From Amoebophrya sp. A120 (lineage: Eukaryota > Protista > Dinoflagellata), in assembly GCA_905178155.1 (NCBI GenBank), contig CAJINV010000008.1:3398013-3462012 (forward strand): a stretch of DNA of 64,000 nucleotides, read 5' to 3'. Both the position numbers and the translations under genes were made by a program. This document shows positions 11,301 through 24,000 of the stretch, one piece after another; position 1 is the stretch's first letter, and each line of letters starts with the position of its first letter. Under the pieces are notes generated by a model. That model saw nothing but the letters and a program-made list of their open reading frames with translations, did not search any database and was not told the origin of the DNA.

Positions 11301-14094
11301 AAAGCTGACAGATTTGTCTAGCAGATTTCCCAGCTTGACTCTGGTGTGGGGACGTTTTTACTCAGGATACTCGGTCATCGGGGCCTACTTGCTGCAGCTG
11401 GAACACAAGCCGACGGTGTGGCAGTGGTGCAAGGCGAAGTTGTTGCGTTTTTTCAACGCACGCAAGCAGAGCAACGAAGTTGTTCAGCAAGACGGTGAAA
11501 CTCAGAAAAATCAGGGTGTAACTGCGACAAGTAATAACGGTGCTGCTGCGCTGATGATGCTGCAGGAGGGATCGCCGGTGGTGATCGATACTAGCGAACA
11601 GCATCACAAGTCGACAGACGGCAACAAGAACTGCGACTTCGGGTTGAAAAATCTGCTGCAGGAACAGACGCCCGAAAAGCTGCAAGCTTCGGACGCCAAA
11701 CTCGCAACAGGAAATAAAGCAAACGCCAATCAGCTGCACAACGGTTTGTTTCAAACCGCCTTCGTTGCGGCCAATGCGAACGATAGTACACCCACTGCAG
11801 CCATCGAACTTGCGGTGGCGGGTTTTCCACCGGAAAAAAAACCCGGAAACTACGCAAATACCGGGACCACGTCCATGTTCACGACCGTCGCAAATTATAC
11901 TAACGAGGAGGGGAAGCAGGAGGACGGGGAGCAGCAACAGCAGCGGACCACGCGCCTTCTCGACAAAGCTATGGACAAGACGTTTGAGTTTTTGACCGCG
12001 AAGAGAATCACCGTGAAAGATAACTACACGCTTTTTCCGGTAGCTTTACTGACGGTGCTGCTCTTCACGTCCCTCTCTATCTGGTTGTTTGCCGAGGCTA
12101 CCACCCTCCCCTCGCCCTCCGCGCCGTTTGAGTTTCTGCCGGACACCCACATCATGACCGGGTTTCACTCGGACAACTACCAGCTCTTCCTGTCCAGCGG
12201 GTCGAAATCCGAGTACCGCAAGCTGCACATCGTGTGGGGGCTCAACGCCGATCAGCCGTTGAAGAATCACGACGAGCTGTCGAAGTTCTTCCCGTGGACC
12301 TGGAACGCGGACCCGAATCTGGTGCCCATCGACGCGACCGACAAGGACAGCGTAAGTTTTATCCTGCGGCTCGGAGAGAAGCTGCAAAACCTGAACTGCA
12401 ACGGCAAAAGCTTTTGCAAGGACCGCGTCGTTGGGAACAAGATGTTCGTCCCCCGTTCCCTCGAGTGCGGGCTGCGAGACACGATCTTTCCCCAGCTACG
12501 GACCAGTGCAACCACTCCGGCTACGAAGTTGACGGAACTATACTACGACGGCGTAGGCGGAGGTTCAACAGCGTCAATCTCCTCGACTTTGGACGCGAGC
12601 GGCGGCTTCGACTACACGACTTTGTCCAACCCTACGTGGTCAGCTGCAACAGCTGGAGCAGCCGCGGGCACGTTGAGCGCAGGCGTTCTAGCCAAGGAGT
12701 CTTACTACCGCTCGCACGCCTCGTACGACTATTCGGCCCGCGCGAGGCACTCGTCGCCCGTGCGTCGAGTGTCCGGAGGCACTTCTGCGGCAGCGGATGA
12801 TCCGTTTGCCGTTGACTGGATCGAAACGACCGATGCGGCGCACCCCGGGACGGGCACGTTTGCCGGTCGGGTTTTCAAGTGGAAAGGGATGAGCAGTGCG
12901 GCCGGGGGAGCCTCTTTGCAGTACCAGCTCTATTCCCTGACGATCTCCATCCCGCTCACCGCTTTGAAGGACGGTACCAGTTTCACTGATTTGGAGTCCC
13001 TGAAGGAAACCGTGCGGGTAGGCGGGAAATAAAAAAAGTTATGTTTATTTGGTGTATTAATTAAACCTCCCTGTATTGATTCTGCCGAACATGATGCACG
13101 GCACAGTTTGTTACTACGCCAGTCTTCGTCATGCGCGAGAGCCGAGAACATCTGCGGAGTTCATGAATGCTGTCTTCACGTACTTACAACTCGTACGCAA
13201 GCTATGCAAAGGTGCGGCGTGCGTTCTGTTTTACACAAAGTAAAAACATAACTACTTTTTTCCGGGCTATAGAGGGAGCTTCTCGACCAAGAAAATGCCA
13301 GAGCGCCGGCGAAGCTTGGAAAAGCAATCCAGATTGCGGAGTACGGAACCTACACGTTAAACTACGAGCTGAAGCAAACTTTGGTGTCCGGCCTGATCCT
13401 CTTAATCCCGCTGTGTTTCGCGATCCTCCTCCTGGCCTCGCGAAACCTCGTCACGGCCTTCCTCGCGATTTTTAACGTGATCTGCATCGTGTCGCAGGTG
13501 ATGGGCAGTTTCCGCCTGATGGACTGGGAGCTGGGCCTGCTGGAAACGGTGGCCGGGATTCTGGTCATTGGCTTGGCTATGGACTACACGCTGCACTTTT
13601 CGCACGTGTACACGGAGGCGGGCCGAATCGATAGTGATGCTCCTCATGTGGAACAAGCTGCGGATGGAGAGAATAAGCACAGAACAGGCGTCGATCCGGA
13701 GTCGAAGCTGCACAGTGAGGACCACGACGGCCCTACGCACAGCTACGAGTCCCGCGAGTCCCGGGTGCAGTTTGCCTTCCAGCACATGGGCCCGACGATC
13801 TTTGCCGGTTTCTCAACCAGCATCGCCGCGGGTCTGTTTCTGATGCTGTTCTGCGTCACGCCCTTCTTCCAGCAGATGGGGGTGGCGATCTTTCTCACCA
13901 TCCTCTACTCGCTCGTCATGTCGCTGTTTTACCTGCCCGCGGTGCTGCTGCTCTGCGGCCCGAGCGGGAAGTTCGGGGACTTGGTGCTGCTCTACCGCGA
14001 GTTCAAGGCCCGCACCATCGGGGAGGCGCGTGGTTCCACGGGACAGAAGGATGAAAGCGGGATCAGAAACGGAGCGGCTGCGGTGGAGCCGTGA
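8320..14094 (+). CDS. Dispatched/Patched-like RND superfamily membrane protein with sterol-sensing domain
   Basis: Exons ~8320-8568, 8791-9068, 9411-9685, 10053-11090, 11375-13017, 13273-14094. An N-terminal TM helix and two TM bundles carry GxxxD(D) motifs: LAVGADDFFVIWE and IGLAMDYTLHFSHVY. Also TSLTTALAF and MGPTIFAGFSTS. Confidence 0.85.
8570..8786. mobile_element. Introner
   Basis: TSD CGGGC/CGGGT. ~33-bp TIR: ATGAGAGTGCACAACGCCCCCTCCCCCTCAT versus ATGAGGGGGAGGGGGAGTTGTGCACTGTCAT. Removal gives YYPTGSVEVEKN. Confidence 0.9.
9070..9406. mobile_element. Introner, aged
   Basis: TATCAAAATGAAA...TTTCATTTCGATA, TSD GCAAT/CCAAC (3/5). Removal gives KTKGGNSNVFTRGNLYAMC. Confidence 0.75.
9686..10047. 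mobile_element. Introner
   Basis: TSD CGACC at 9681-9685 and 10048-10052, ends TAT...ATA, IR core GCAGAAG/CTTCTGC. Removal gives RIFDRYEVDNQAQFGFFLD. Confidence 0.85.
11091..11369. mobile_element. Introner family A (279 bp)
   Basis: TSD CTCGG. 32-bp TIR TATCGTGAGTAAAAACGTCCCCACACCAGAGT with one mismatch. Same length and related sequence as 34327-34605. Removal gives LCFPSVIGAY. Confidence 0.95.
13019..13271. mobile_element. Introner, aged; also readable as GT-AG intron 13018-13272
   Basis: TSD GCGGG/GAGGG, ends TAG...ATA, IR core AGTTATGTTT/AAACATAACT. Both splice readings keep the frame. Confidence 0.7.
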
Positions 14095-15269
14095 GGAAGA
14101 AAGGCTGTTCAGTACACTTTTTCTATTTATACTCGTTCCAGAGCAACACAGTCTGAGATTACTTATTAGTGATCGTTTATTCGAGACGAACAGGCACGGT
14201 ACTAGTTTAGGTCATTTTCCAAGAATAAAGTTAGGCAATTTCAAATTCACTGTGCATCATATTGCGCAGCAAACGGTAGTTAGTTCTACAGAGACACATA
14301 GCAATTGCTGTCCATTTACTACAGTTCAGATTTTTTGATTTCAAAAATCGTCGCACATAAATAACCCGGGGTGGTGCGTCCCCCATGGTGCTTCTATGAC
14401 CGTTCTATTGAAACACTGTAGAAGCTTCATCATGTAGTTCTCTTTTTTTGGCACGTAAAAAAATGAACTTTTTGAATAGGTAAAGAAGCTCTTCGTCTTG
14501 GCATAGTTACACACAGTTTCTTCACATGCTGTCCAGACGTCTGTTGCCACACAGAACATGGAGAGGGCTTCACAGTCACATACTAGCCGGTTACGTTTCT
14601 GCACAGCAATGATGAGCCAATTGATGTTGCACTGCACACGATCGCTTTTTTAGGAGAGAGATTCCCGTAAAAGGGAGGCGGATAGGAAACAGGATTCTCA
14701 GAATGCTGATTCCCTATGCGCCTTCTGGTCTCAAAAATTCGTCGTGTCGTCGCTGGCCCAGTGGATTATCGGAAGAACAAGGGGGCGTAGTGCGGTTGTT
14801 ATTTCTGCTGGCTTCTTTGATGTTGGTCTTGGTTCCACCGGCTACAGATCGAGATCGACAGAAATCAGCAAGATCATCTGATCGGAAAACACATTGTGGC
14901 ACGTTGCTAGTTGAAAAGCTCTGGAAGGCACGGATCAGGTTACAAAAAATGCTAGCAAATCGCGAGCATGCAAGGATCTGTGTTGCAGAGTGAAAAAGAT
15001 AGAATTGATTGGATTTGACAACGTCTCTTTGACAGTTGATCAACTACAAATTTATTTGTTTCTGCTGGCGTTTGGGCGAGATCAAGAAGTGGAGCTCGAG
15101 CCATGGGTTTGGTCTGTGACGCGAAGAGCTTTCCTATTCCAGTACACAAAGAAAATCCGCTGTCCTTCGCTTCTGAAAATTCAGGTACAAAAAGAGCTTG
15201 TCCTTAGTAAGGAAGTAGTATTTATTTTGGCTTAGAGATTCGTGGCATAGCGGCAAACCTTCCCCAAGC

Positions 15270-17390
15270 ATGTTCCTTCTAGACATCGAAGACACTGAGT
15301 CGGACAATTTCCCCTGGAGCCCCGAGCTCGCTGTTGAAGAAGATGATGGCACACCGGCGGCGACAGGCATAGCTGACGAAATATCTACTGCTGACCACGC
15401 GCAGCACGACGCTCACGTCGATGAACGTCGCGCGAAGCCCCTGCCGGTGAAAAACTTGAAATGCCCGAAGTGCGAGCGGAAGCTGTGTTTGTGTCGCCAC
15501 GTCAAGACACACCTGGACCGGTTGGTGGCGGAGCTGCGAAGCGGGCGAGAGGATGCGCAGCAGGCTTCTGGGGTTTTGGCCGACGGCGCTCCTCGTCAAG
15601 CGGCTGTTGACTGTCAGTTGCAAAGCTGTCGGGTTTGGGTTTTGCAACACGTGCGGGAATCGCAGAAGAACGCCATCAGCAGCGTACCAGTCCTGAGAGC
15701 TTGTCTGGGGGGTCTAGAGCGAAGGCACGGGCAGGAGGACGCCACGCACCACGGCAGCACGCATCGGATCAATTCGATTCGCGTCCACACCACGGCGCCA
15801 CCCAAACCGGGTTCGTCCGAAGGAGCGGCAGCTGCACCACAGCAAGAAAATCGATCTCCATGGTCGCCCGAGTTTCCCGCAGCATGGAAAAATATGCTGA
15901 ACAGCCCGAATACCGTCTTGCTGTGGCCGGGAGAGAATTCCGTGTCTCTGGAAGACGTGGTGGCGGGAATGAAGGGCGATGAGCTTGATATTGCTGTTGC
16001 ACCAGCGAGGAGTAGTTATATTGGAGGCGGCGCAACCCATACGGAAGATGAAAGTCATAGTAGTGCACCGAGTTCTTGTTCTGTTGGCGAACAAGCACAG
16101 ACCGATCCTTACTCTACGCCACCGCGGGCTGTCGTTGCATCGGAAGGCGCGACCACTGCGCGAACACAGCGTGCGTTGAATACCCCTTTGACAGCGTCAC
16201 GAATGCCGGCTGGAAGTGAAAAACGATGCGAGTACGAGCCCTTAGATGATCATATGCAAGACCCCGACGAAGGAGAAAATTCCTCGGGTCGTGGAAGAAG
16301 TTTATCTCCAAAATGCCGTATCATCAGCCTCCTGGCGCTCGACGGCACCTGGAGTCAGGCGCGCCAGCTGTACCAGGCGTTACTCCACTCGTTTCCGGAC
16401 GAGATGGAAAGGATGAAGCGGATCCATTTGAATACGTCATACGAAAAATCGCTCTACGAGGGCATCCGCAAGGAACCCAAAAAGGGCTTTGTCTCCACAC
16501 TCGAGGCGGTGGCGCTGTGCCTTCCGCTGATAGACGAGCGAAATGCAAAAGTCGCGGAATTCTTAACCAACTGCTTCGACGCCGTTTGCTCGGAAATGAG
16601 GCGATTTTCAGAAAGCTGCGACAGTGTTGTTGCATTACAGAGTCGTGGGTGTATAAGGAACGAGCATGAAGGAGTCAAGAATGCTAATGGAGCATCAGAC
16701 GCAGCGAACCACGCTAAAACTTCTAGTACCAAGTGCCTTATTTCTACTCCCGGACGCGGCGGCAAGAGTGCTGAGCACGACCTATTGTTGAAAAATGGGG
16801 CAGCGGGACGTCGAACCCTCTTCGACCACAACAAGCGAACCCCAAAAATGGACCCCAAGTACTGTGATACGAAGGAGCAGCTTTTCACGATTGTCCGCGA
16901 CGAGCGCGACCCGTTGACCAACAAAGTGACCTACGTCCCGGTAGACTTGGAAAGGGAACTTTTACAGTACGAAAACATCGTGGACACGGTGCTGTTTCAC
17001 CACGACGGTGGATATTTTTCATCACCGCCATCAGCTTATAACTCGTGCCCCAACTCAATCGAGGGTTCGACTTCTGAGGACGGCGGCGGGGAGGAGGAGG
17101 AGCACCATCTCGCAATTATATCGGGAGATGATGTTGCGGCCAATGAAGCTACTGGTACAACTGAAGGAGGAACGGAGTCAACAATGAAATCAAAAGTACG
17201 AGCTGTAAAAATGTTGACCAAAAATATACACACTCACGGGCTTTTTCACAATGAAAAGTTTGGCACCTATTCTGCCGTAAAGCAGTATACAGAAATGCTA
17301 AACCAGGTTTTGCAAAAGAAAAAAGGCGAGCGCTTCACTGTGCAGCCGAGTTTCCGGCTGAGGAAATTGAATACTGAAGTTGAGCATTAG
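15270..17390 (+). CDS. DTW-domain protein (tRNA-uridine aminocarboxypropyltransferase, DTWD2/TapT-like)
   Basis: Single ORF of 706 aa with CPKCERKLCLC, VLQHVRES, LLWPG, LLALDGTWSQARQLY and IRKEPKKGFVSTLEAVA, separated by long insertions. Confidence 0.85.
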   Translation: MFLLDIEDTESDNFPWSPELAVEEDDGTPAATGIADEISTADHAQHDAHVDERRAKPLPVKNLKCPKCERKLCLCRHVKTHLDRLVAELRSGREDAQQASGVLADGAPRQAAVDCQLQSCRVWVLQHVRESQKNAISSVPVLRACLGGLERRHGQEDATHHGSTHRINSIRVHTTAPPKPGSSEGAAAAPQQENRSPWSPEFPAAWKNMLNSPNTVLLWPGENSVSLEDVVAGMKGDELDIAVAPARSSYIGGGATHTEDESHSSAPSSCSVGEQAQTDPYSTPPRAVVASEGATTARTQRALNTPLTASRMPAGSEKRCEYEPLDDHMQDPDEGENSSGRGRSLSPKCRIISLLALDGTWSQARQLYQALLHSFPDEMERMKRIHLNTSYEKSLYEGIRKEPKKGFVSTLEAVALCLPLIDERNAKVAEFLTNCFDAVCSEMRRFSESCDSVVALQSRGCIRNEHEGVKNANGASDAANHAKTSSTKCLISTPGRGGKSAEHDLLLKNGAAGRRTLFDHNKRTPKMDPKYCDTKEQLFTIVRDERDPLTNKVTYVPVDLERELLQYENIVDTVLFHHDGGYFSSPPSAYNSCPNSIEGSTSEDGGGEEEEHHLAIISGDDVAANEATGTTEGGTESTMKSKVRAVKMLTKNIHTHGLFHNEKFGTYSAVKQYTEMLNQVLQKKKGERFTVQPSFRLRKLNTEVEH

Positions 17391-18033
17391 CAGGACCAGT
17401 GCTTCGGGCGAATTTTTCTATGTGACAGTGATCTAGCTTTCCGAGCGACTTGTAAAGCACATAAGCGACGATTCAAGTTTTTGCTAGCGGCTCGAGAAGA
17501 TGCGGGAGCTTCCAAAAAATAAAGAAAGGCACTTTGCTCAAATGTTGGCTCGAGTGTTCCAGAAACGACGCACGACGCTGGCAAAAAGATTTTCTGATGA
17601 CGGGTAACAAACGGATGTTGAAACGGATCCCCACAGTATTTCGAACCCGAATTTTGAAGTCGGTTCGTTTATTCCATGCACGAGTTTCCTAATTTATTCT
17701 CATATCATTTTCTGCAACCGGCGATGATAATCTTGTCGTTTTCATCCCCAAAACCATCGTGTTTGTTGCAGCATTATAGGTTTGATCTGCAAGAAACATC
17801 AGCCACAGTGTGCCCAGATGTAAGAATGTGGTACTTCTCCGTAGGAGTCGATTTGAAGTTTTTGTAGAAACTTTTTCATTTTTGAATTTGCCTTTGGTCT
17901 TCACCTTTTGGATTGCAGTATGTGCATCAACAACGGAGCAAGGGACTAGAAGAACATTAGGCACGCGTCTTCCATATGTGAACATCGTGCACAAGAAATA
18001 ATTCATTTCTGAAGCAGATCATGATTCCGTGCG

Positions 18034-21000
18034 ATGCGGCGACTGATTCCTCTCATTGCCCTCTTCTGCTTGGGCTGTCCGAGGTTCGTTTGGCCCGAGG
18101 TAATTTTTCGCCCAGAGAAAAATGCGCAGAGCAAGCACGATCAGGACGCCGGGCAGAAGTCCACTCTCGAGGAGGGTCGTTCTTCTCCCACACGAGATAC
18201 TACTCACGCACCGAACGCCGGACCGGACGCCGTGGGGGAAGCTCGGGGAGCAGCAGCAGAGAAGCCAATAACAACTGTCAGGAGTACAACATCAATTGCG
18301 GGGGAGCAGGCACCTTCGGCGAAGAAAGTAGGCGCGTCAACGCAGCAGACCGAAGATGCCCGAACACCGGAGGATCGGAGGACAGAACACAAACAGACGG
18401 CGCACGAAATTGGAGAAGAAGAAGACGCTCCAGGAGAAGAAGATGTGGTAGCGGAGGTTCTGAAAAAGAAAGCTGCAGCGGAGACAGCAAAAAGAACCAC
18501 ACATTTTGCAGCGAGGGTAGAAGTAGAAGAAGGAGCAGAATTGTTGGCGACAAAACAAAAACTCCAGAAGCCTCGTCCAACAATTTCAAAAGAGGACGAA
18601 GATAGTAGACAGACGACTGTAGTGAACCTCCAGGACGAGAAAGAACAGTATCAAAGAGAAACGAACTTGGCTTCCGAAGCCGTTCTGGACGAGGCTGTGC
18701 CAACATTACTAGATAAAAGCGAAAAGATACCTGCAGACGTTCTTACGGCTCCTGTGTCTACACTCCCCACGGATCATCCGCCCCCCGACGTGCCGGAAAA
18801 AAGCGGCGATGCGGTGCCTCCGCGCAAAGAAGAAGCTCCTACATCACCGCCACAAGGGAAAACAACCTCGGAAGTCGAAGAGCAGCCTCCGCGCCTCCTT
18901 CCGAGGATATTTTCTCGGGCGTCAGTGGCACGGAGTTCCACCAAAGATATGCTGGTGGGGGAAGTAGAGCAGATCCGGATGAAGAAAGACCAGCACGAAG
19001 TTGTCAAGGATAACAACCCGGGCAGTCTGGGTGAACAGCATCAAGACCGCACTTCTACAGCGACAAGAGACCACGACGACAAAAAGCTCGAGAGAGGTCG
19101 TGCCGAGAGGACGGATCACGAACGCCAAATGAACCAGCGCTTCGCGGCCGCTCTGGTGGAGCAGGACGACCCCGTTTACAACGACAAGGCGAAGAATAGC
19201 GACGACTCGCATAGCGACAGCGACTTTCCCCCCGACAGTGACGACCCGAGTGTTGTACCTCTCGTTGTACCAGCACGCAGCCTGCTGCATCAGGATACGA
19301 ATGTTTTTCTTGCCGATGAAGATCCCAGCAGCAGGTCTGTACTACACCATCAACCCCGGCAGTTTTTTCTGTCCCCGTTTGACGACGCGTGCGGTGAAAA
19401 GGAATCTGCCGTGGTGAACCAATTTGCGCTGCTGAACTCCGCAGAACAGGTACTGTTGCCGTACGAGCAGTTCTCATCGGCCACCGGTACAGCAAGGAGC
19501 TCCGGATCAAGTAGTACAGCTGCCCTCCCGCAGGAAAGACATGGTGCCCAGCATCCAACGACTTTCTACCGTTGCGACTTTCTCTTCCTGCCCTCCTGGT
19601 ACCAGCCCCTGTTTCCGCAACAGCAAAAGTGCGGGAACCAAAGACTCGACTACTGCCTGTTCAGCAGCAGCCGCGGCCTGGTGCTGTACGATTCTGGCAC
19701 GAGGACCGCGGGCCTTTTCCCGACACATGGCCTTCGCGCGGGAGAGGAAATGATGGACTTGTACGAGTTAATGACTTTTGACGGAACTACAACGGTGAAC
19801 GCTAATGAGTACCGGTCGCTCGAGCGGTACAAGGCGGAGCTCTGCGCGCTGAGCAATTTTCCATTTCCGGCCGTCAAGCTGAACCCGATCCACTACTACC
19901 GCTACCCCTGGGTCCGCAAGTGGTTCCAAGAGCGCGAAAAGCACTGTCTCGACTACGAGCAGGAACAAGCAGGGCTCCTGACCTCCTCCGGTACGCAGCA
20001 TGAAGAACGGTGCGCGCTTTTGAAGTCGCAAGCGAGCAAGCATTTGCTGTATCTGCCGGACTACTTTGGCGCCTCTGGCAGGTTGGATGACGGGCCGTTG
20101 AGGACGACGCTGCACTTCTTCCTCGGCCAGTCGCACTGGCGGGAAAACGAGTGGTGGAAGCTCGGGATGACAGAAACGTTTTGCCACCCCTTCTTGCAGC
20201 GAGCGAACTACTGCAGCGAGTCGGCCGTCCAGCCGGAGTTTGCGCCCAGAGGGATGGCCGAGGAGAAACCGGACGAGGCCGCAGCAGAGCCGGTCAAGTG
20301 GAAAAGTATATTGATTGAGGGTTCATTCTTGTCATCAAAGCGTGATATGAACCATTCTCGACGTCGCACTGCTCTAGTTCTGTGCACGCGTCGCGTTATT
20401 TTTGCAATCCTTTGACTGTGGTTGTTGACGTGATGGCTAGTTGTCATGATCAGAGAGGTGGACAAGAAATTGTCTGCAATCTCATGGGCTTTGTTTTGGC
20501 TTTGCTCAACCTGGACTGTAAATGTGGTTTTCAACAACGTTGAGTTTATGTAGCAGAGAAGTTTTTATGAAAGGACAAAGAGCTAGAACATCATCAACTC
20601 CGAAAAATATTTACACAACAGCCTGGACCCCGCGCGCCCCGCTCCGTGGTCGAACCACGTTCCGCGCAAAGACCTACCTTCGTCTCGAGCTCGAGAAATG
20701 CCGCATTACCGAGCCGTTTTACCAGTGCGATGCGTACAAGGGCGCGGAGTGGACGGTGATCTGGCGGCACATTGGGCCGTTCGTTGCCGACGCGATGTAC
20801 GGGCTGGACGTGGAGCAGGTGCATACCAAATTTCTCCCCGGCACGGTCGCGGCCGACCCGTTGCGGCGGTACAACGAGCAAAGGAGGACGCGAATCGCGC
20901 ACCGGGGGGAGACGTTACGGCAGCTGGAGTTGGAGCGCCAGCGGCAGCTCGAGCAGGAACGCCTGGAGCAGGAGCTTCGGGAGAATGCGACAGCAGCGAA

Positions 21001-24000
21001 TGCGACAAACGACACCGCAGTCGAAGAAGTAGCAGACGAGGCGCAGCAGCAGTCCGCGGGTAGTCTGATGGGGAATCTGCTCGGTGCCATCCTCGACCCG
21101 CTGGGCAGGGGGAAGGCAGCAACGGCGGAAAAAGAAGCTGCTACAAAAGATCTCCGACTTTCATCCGAGGAAGTTGCGAGCAAAGACGATGCTGCAACGG
21201 CAGCGGGTCGTGAAGATGACGACGACGTTATAGAGACGGAAGAAGAGGATGATGATTCATCCCCCGACACAGAAGATGAAGATGACGAGGAGGATGAAGA
21301 AGCAGACCCTGCTGCTGGTGCAGCTTCCGACGAGCCGTTGACCCACTACATGCACTCGGTGCCGATCCCGGATGTGTGGCTGGACGGGGCGTTCTCCGCA
21401 TTCGAGCCCTTCGTGGAGGAGAAAAAGAAGCTGGAGGAGAAGGAAATTCTGGAAAAGAACCGGTTCCTCACCACCGCGATCAATCTGAAGGAGGATTTAA
21501 AGAAGATGGAGTTCGACTACGCCAATCAAGCGGCGGGCGCGAAGATTTTGGACTTCGCGGAAGGCACCACGGGCGCGTCGCACGTGCTGCGGCCCGACCC
21601 CGCGGCCTACATGCTCACCCCCTGCTCGCACACCCCGAGCTGGTTCGTGATCGGACTGCCCGAGTACATATCGCTGGAAAAAGTGGGGTTCTCCTCGCTG
21701 GAGTTCTTCGCCTCGCAGTTTCGGCACCTGCAGATCCTCGGGTCGTCCTCCTACCCCGTCGAGCGCTGGCGGGTGCTGGCGGAGGTGGAGCTGTCGCTGT
21801 CGGAAACCCACCAGATTTTCGACGTGAGCCAGCGGTGCGGGCGCCAGGAGAACGGCTGCTGGGTGCGGTTCCTGAAGATTCGCGCCCTGTCCCACTACAA
21901 CCTGGACGGGTCCGTGTACTGCGCGCTGACAAAGATACAGGTGTTCGGCGGCACGGCGCTGAAGGAACTGGACCGGCAGCTGGAGAAGGAGGACGAGGCG
22001 CTGTCCAGCCAAAACCTCCCGGTGCCGAACGTGCAGGACGTGCTCGGGGAGTACCACGACCGCGAGAACTTTTTCTCCCTCGAGCCCGACCTGTTCCTCA
22101 AGCGGTTGGGGATTTTCGACACGGCGGGCTACCTGCGGATGAGCGGCGGCACCCCTGTGAGTTCTCCTACGGCGGTCGTTGGAGCTGCGCCCGCCGCCGG
22201 TGCGAGCAGCTCTGCTTCGCTGAACGCCGGCGGACAGCCAGCCGCTGCGCCGGTGATGTGGCCGTCTTCCGACGGGTCGTCGGGGGCCGCGCAGCCGGAG
22301 CAGGCGGGCGGCGGGGCAGGTGGGGCCAGCACAGCCACGAGCACGTCCACGCTGGGCGGCGGACAACAGGGGAGTAGTGCTGCGGATCTTTCTGCAAGTG
22401 GAGCGACAGCAGGTGGTCTCCCACTCACCGGCAAGAATAACGGCGGAGAGCTACACCCCACCGGCAGCCTTTTGCGGAGAAAGGGCAGCGAGTTGCTCGG
22501 TCCGCAAGCGAACGGGAGCAGTAGCGGGCAGGATGGAAAAATCCGATCGCAGACGGAAAACGGCGGACAGCAAGCCGCTGACTTTGGAGGTGCAAGCGCA
22601 AGTGGAATGGATTCGTCGTTTCGGGCAGAGCAGAACCAAAACAACAAACCGACATCAAATGACGGCGGTGCTGGTTCAATGCCATATAATTCGGGCACAA
22701 GAACAACTATATCAGGGGCCGATGGGGGAGACAGTTCGTTGTCAGGAACACCAGCAGTCTCAGGTTCAGCCACTGCTGGCGGAGGCGATTCTGGAAATGC
22801 CGCCCCATCGTCCTCTGCCGCAGCTGGACAAGCCAACATAACCGCGACCGGTGCGGGAGAGGTTGGTGGTACGACCAGCACGGCCGCCGCGACGAAATCG
22901 CCGCCGCAGACGCTAAATTTTGTCGGGGACGAGGGCGATTACACGCCACCGATAGAAACGAGTCATCCCATGAGCGCTGCTTCGGTGTCCGCCCGGATCC
23001 TACAGTTTGATGACCTGGACGGAAATTTTCCCTGGATGACAAGCGCGGGGGACAAGTCCCTGACCAATATCGGTGGGACGAAGGAGGCCACGAATCTGCT
23101 GAAGCAGATCGTGACGCTCTTCGATGCCAACGCGAAGCGAGGCAGTGCAGACGGCGCAGGTAGTGGCGGTGAGGGCGTTGGCACTGGTAGCGACCCCGGC
23201 TCGGCAGGTGGACACTACGCGAATAGCGCGAGCAACATGCAGCAGCTGGACACGCTGCTCACCTCCTTGATTGGCCAAGCCGGCGGACCGCATCACGCCG
23301 GGGCGGACGGCCGGGGGCTTCCGACCGATTTTCTGTACAGCGAGGACTCCTTGACCGGGGCGGGTGCCAGGGCGGCGAAGGCGCTAACGCCGGTCAACAT
23401 GCCCGGGGGCACCGAAAAGCCGGCCCTGATGCGCATTTTGGAAAACATTCGCCTGCTGGAAGCGAAGCACGTGGACCTGTCCAAGTTGTCGCGGAATCTG
23501 GTGGGGAGCATGCGCAACTTTGAACTACTGTTGGCGCTGCTCTCCTCGGTGCTGCTCAACGTCGAAAGCGCCACGAAAGACTACAAGACACGGGTGGAAC
23601 GGGTGCACCGGCTGGTGTTAGGAGGCACGGGCGCGAACGAACGGAAAAACGCACTCAGCCGCGAGCACTGCTTCTCGCCACAGAGCACTGGTCTTGTTGC
23701 AGCAGGGGCTTCGGCGAGTGTCTCGGGCGGAAGTAGCAGTGTCGCGGCCGTCAAGAACGAAACGCTCGCGAACCAGACCGGCGCGGTTGTGTCGGCAGCC
23801 GGCGGCATTGTCCTAAACCAAGCCAGTGGAGCGGATGGTAAAAAGTCCTTTCAGGATTTCAGACTACTACACGGAGTTGATATTTTCATACGGTTTTTTT
23901 GAATTCGACGCACTTTATATAGGATCATGAGAACCTACCCCGTCCGCAGGTATCAGCTCTACCGCCACCACAGGCGGCGCCGCCTCCGCGGCGTCTTCAC

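Noticed and set aside
4433-14094. Pseudogenes, an alternative genetic code or stop readthrough to explain the fragmented ORFs
   Set aside because: Each break coincides with a TSD-bounded element or a GT-AG intron whose removal restores the frame under the standard code.
20301-20621. Introner with a GAAAA repeat
   Set aside because: The TIR is very weak and a canonical GT-AG reading (20306-20621) fits the frame equally well.
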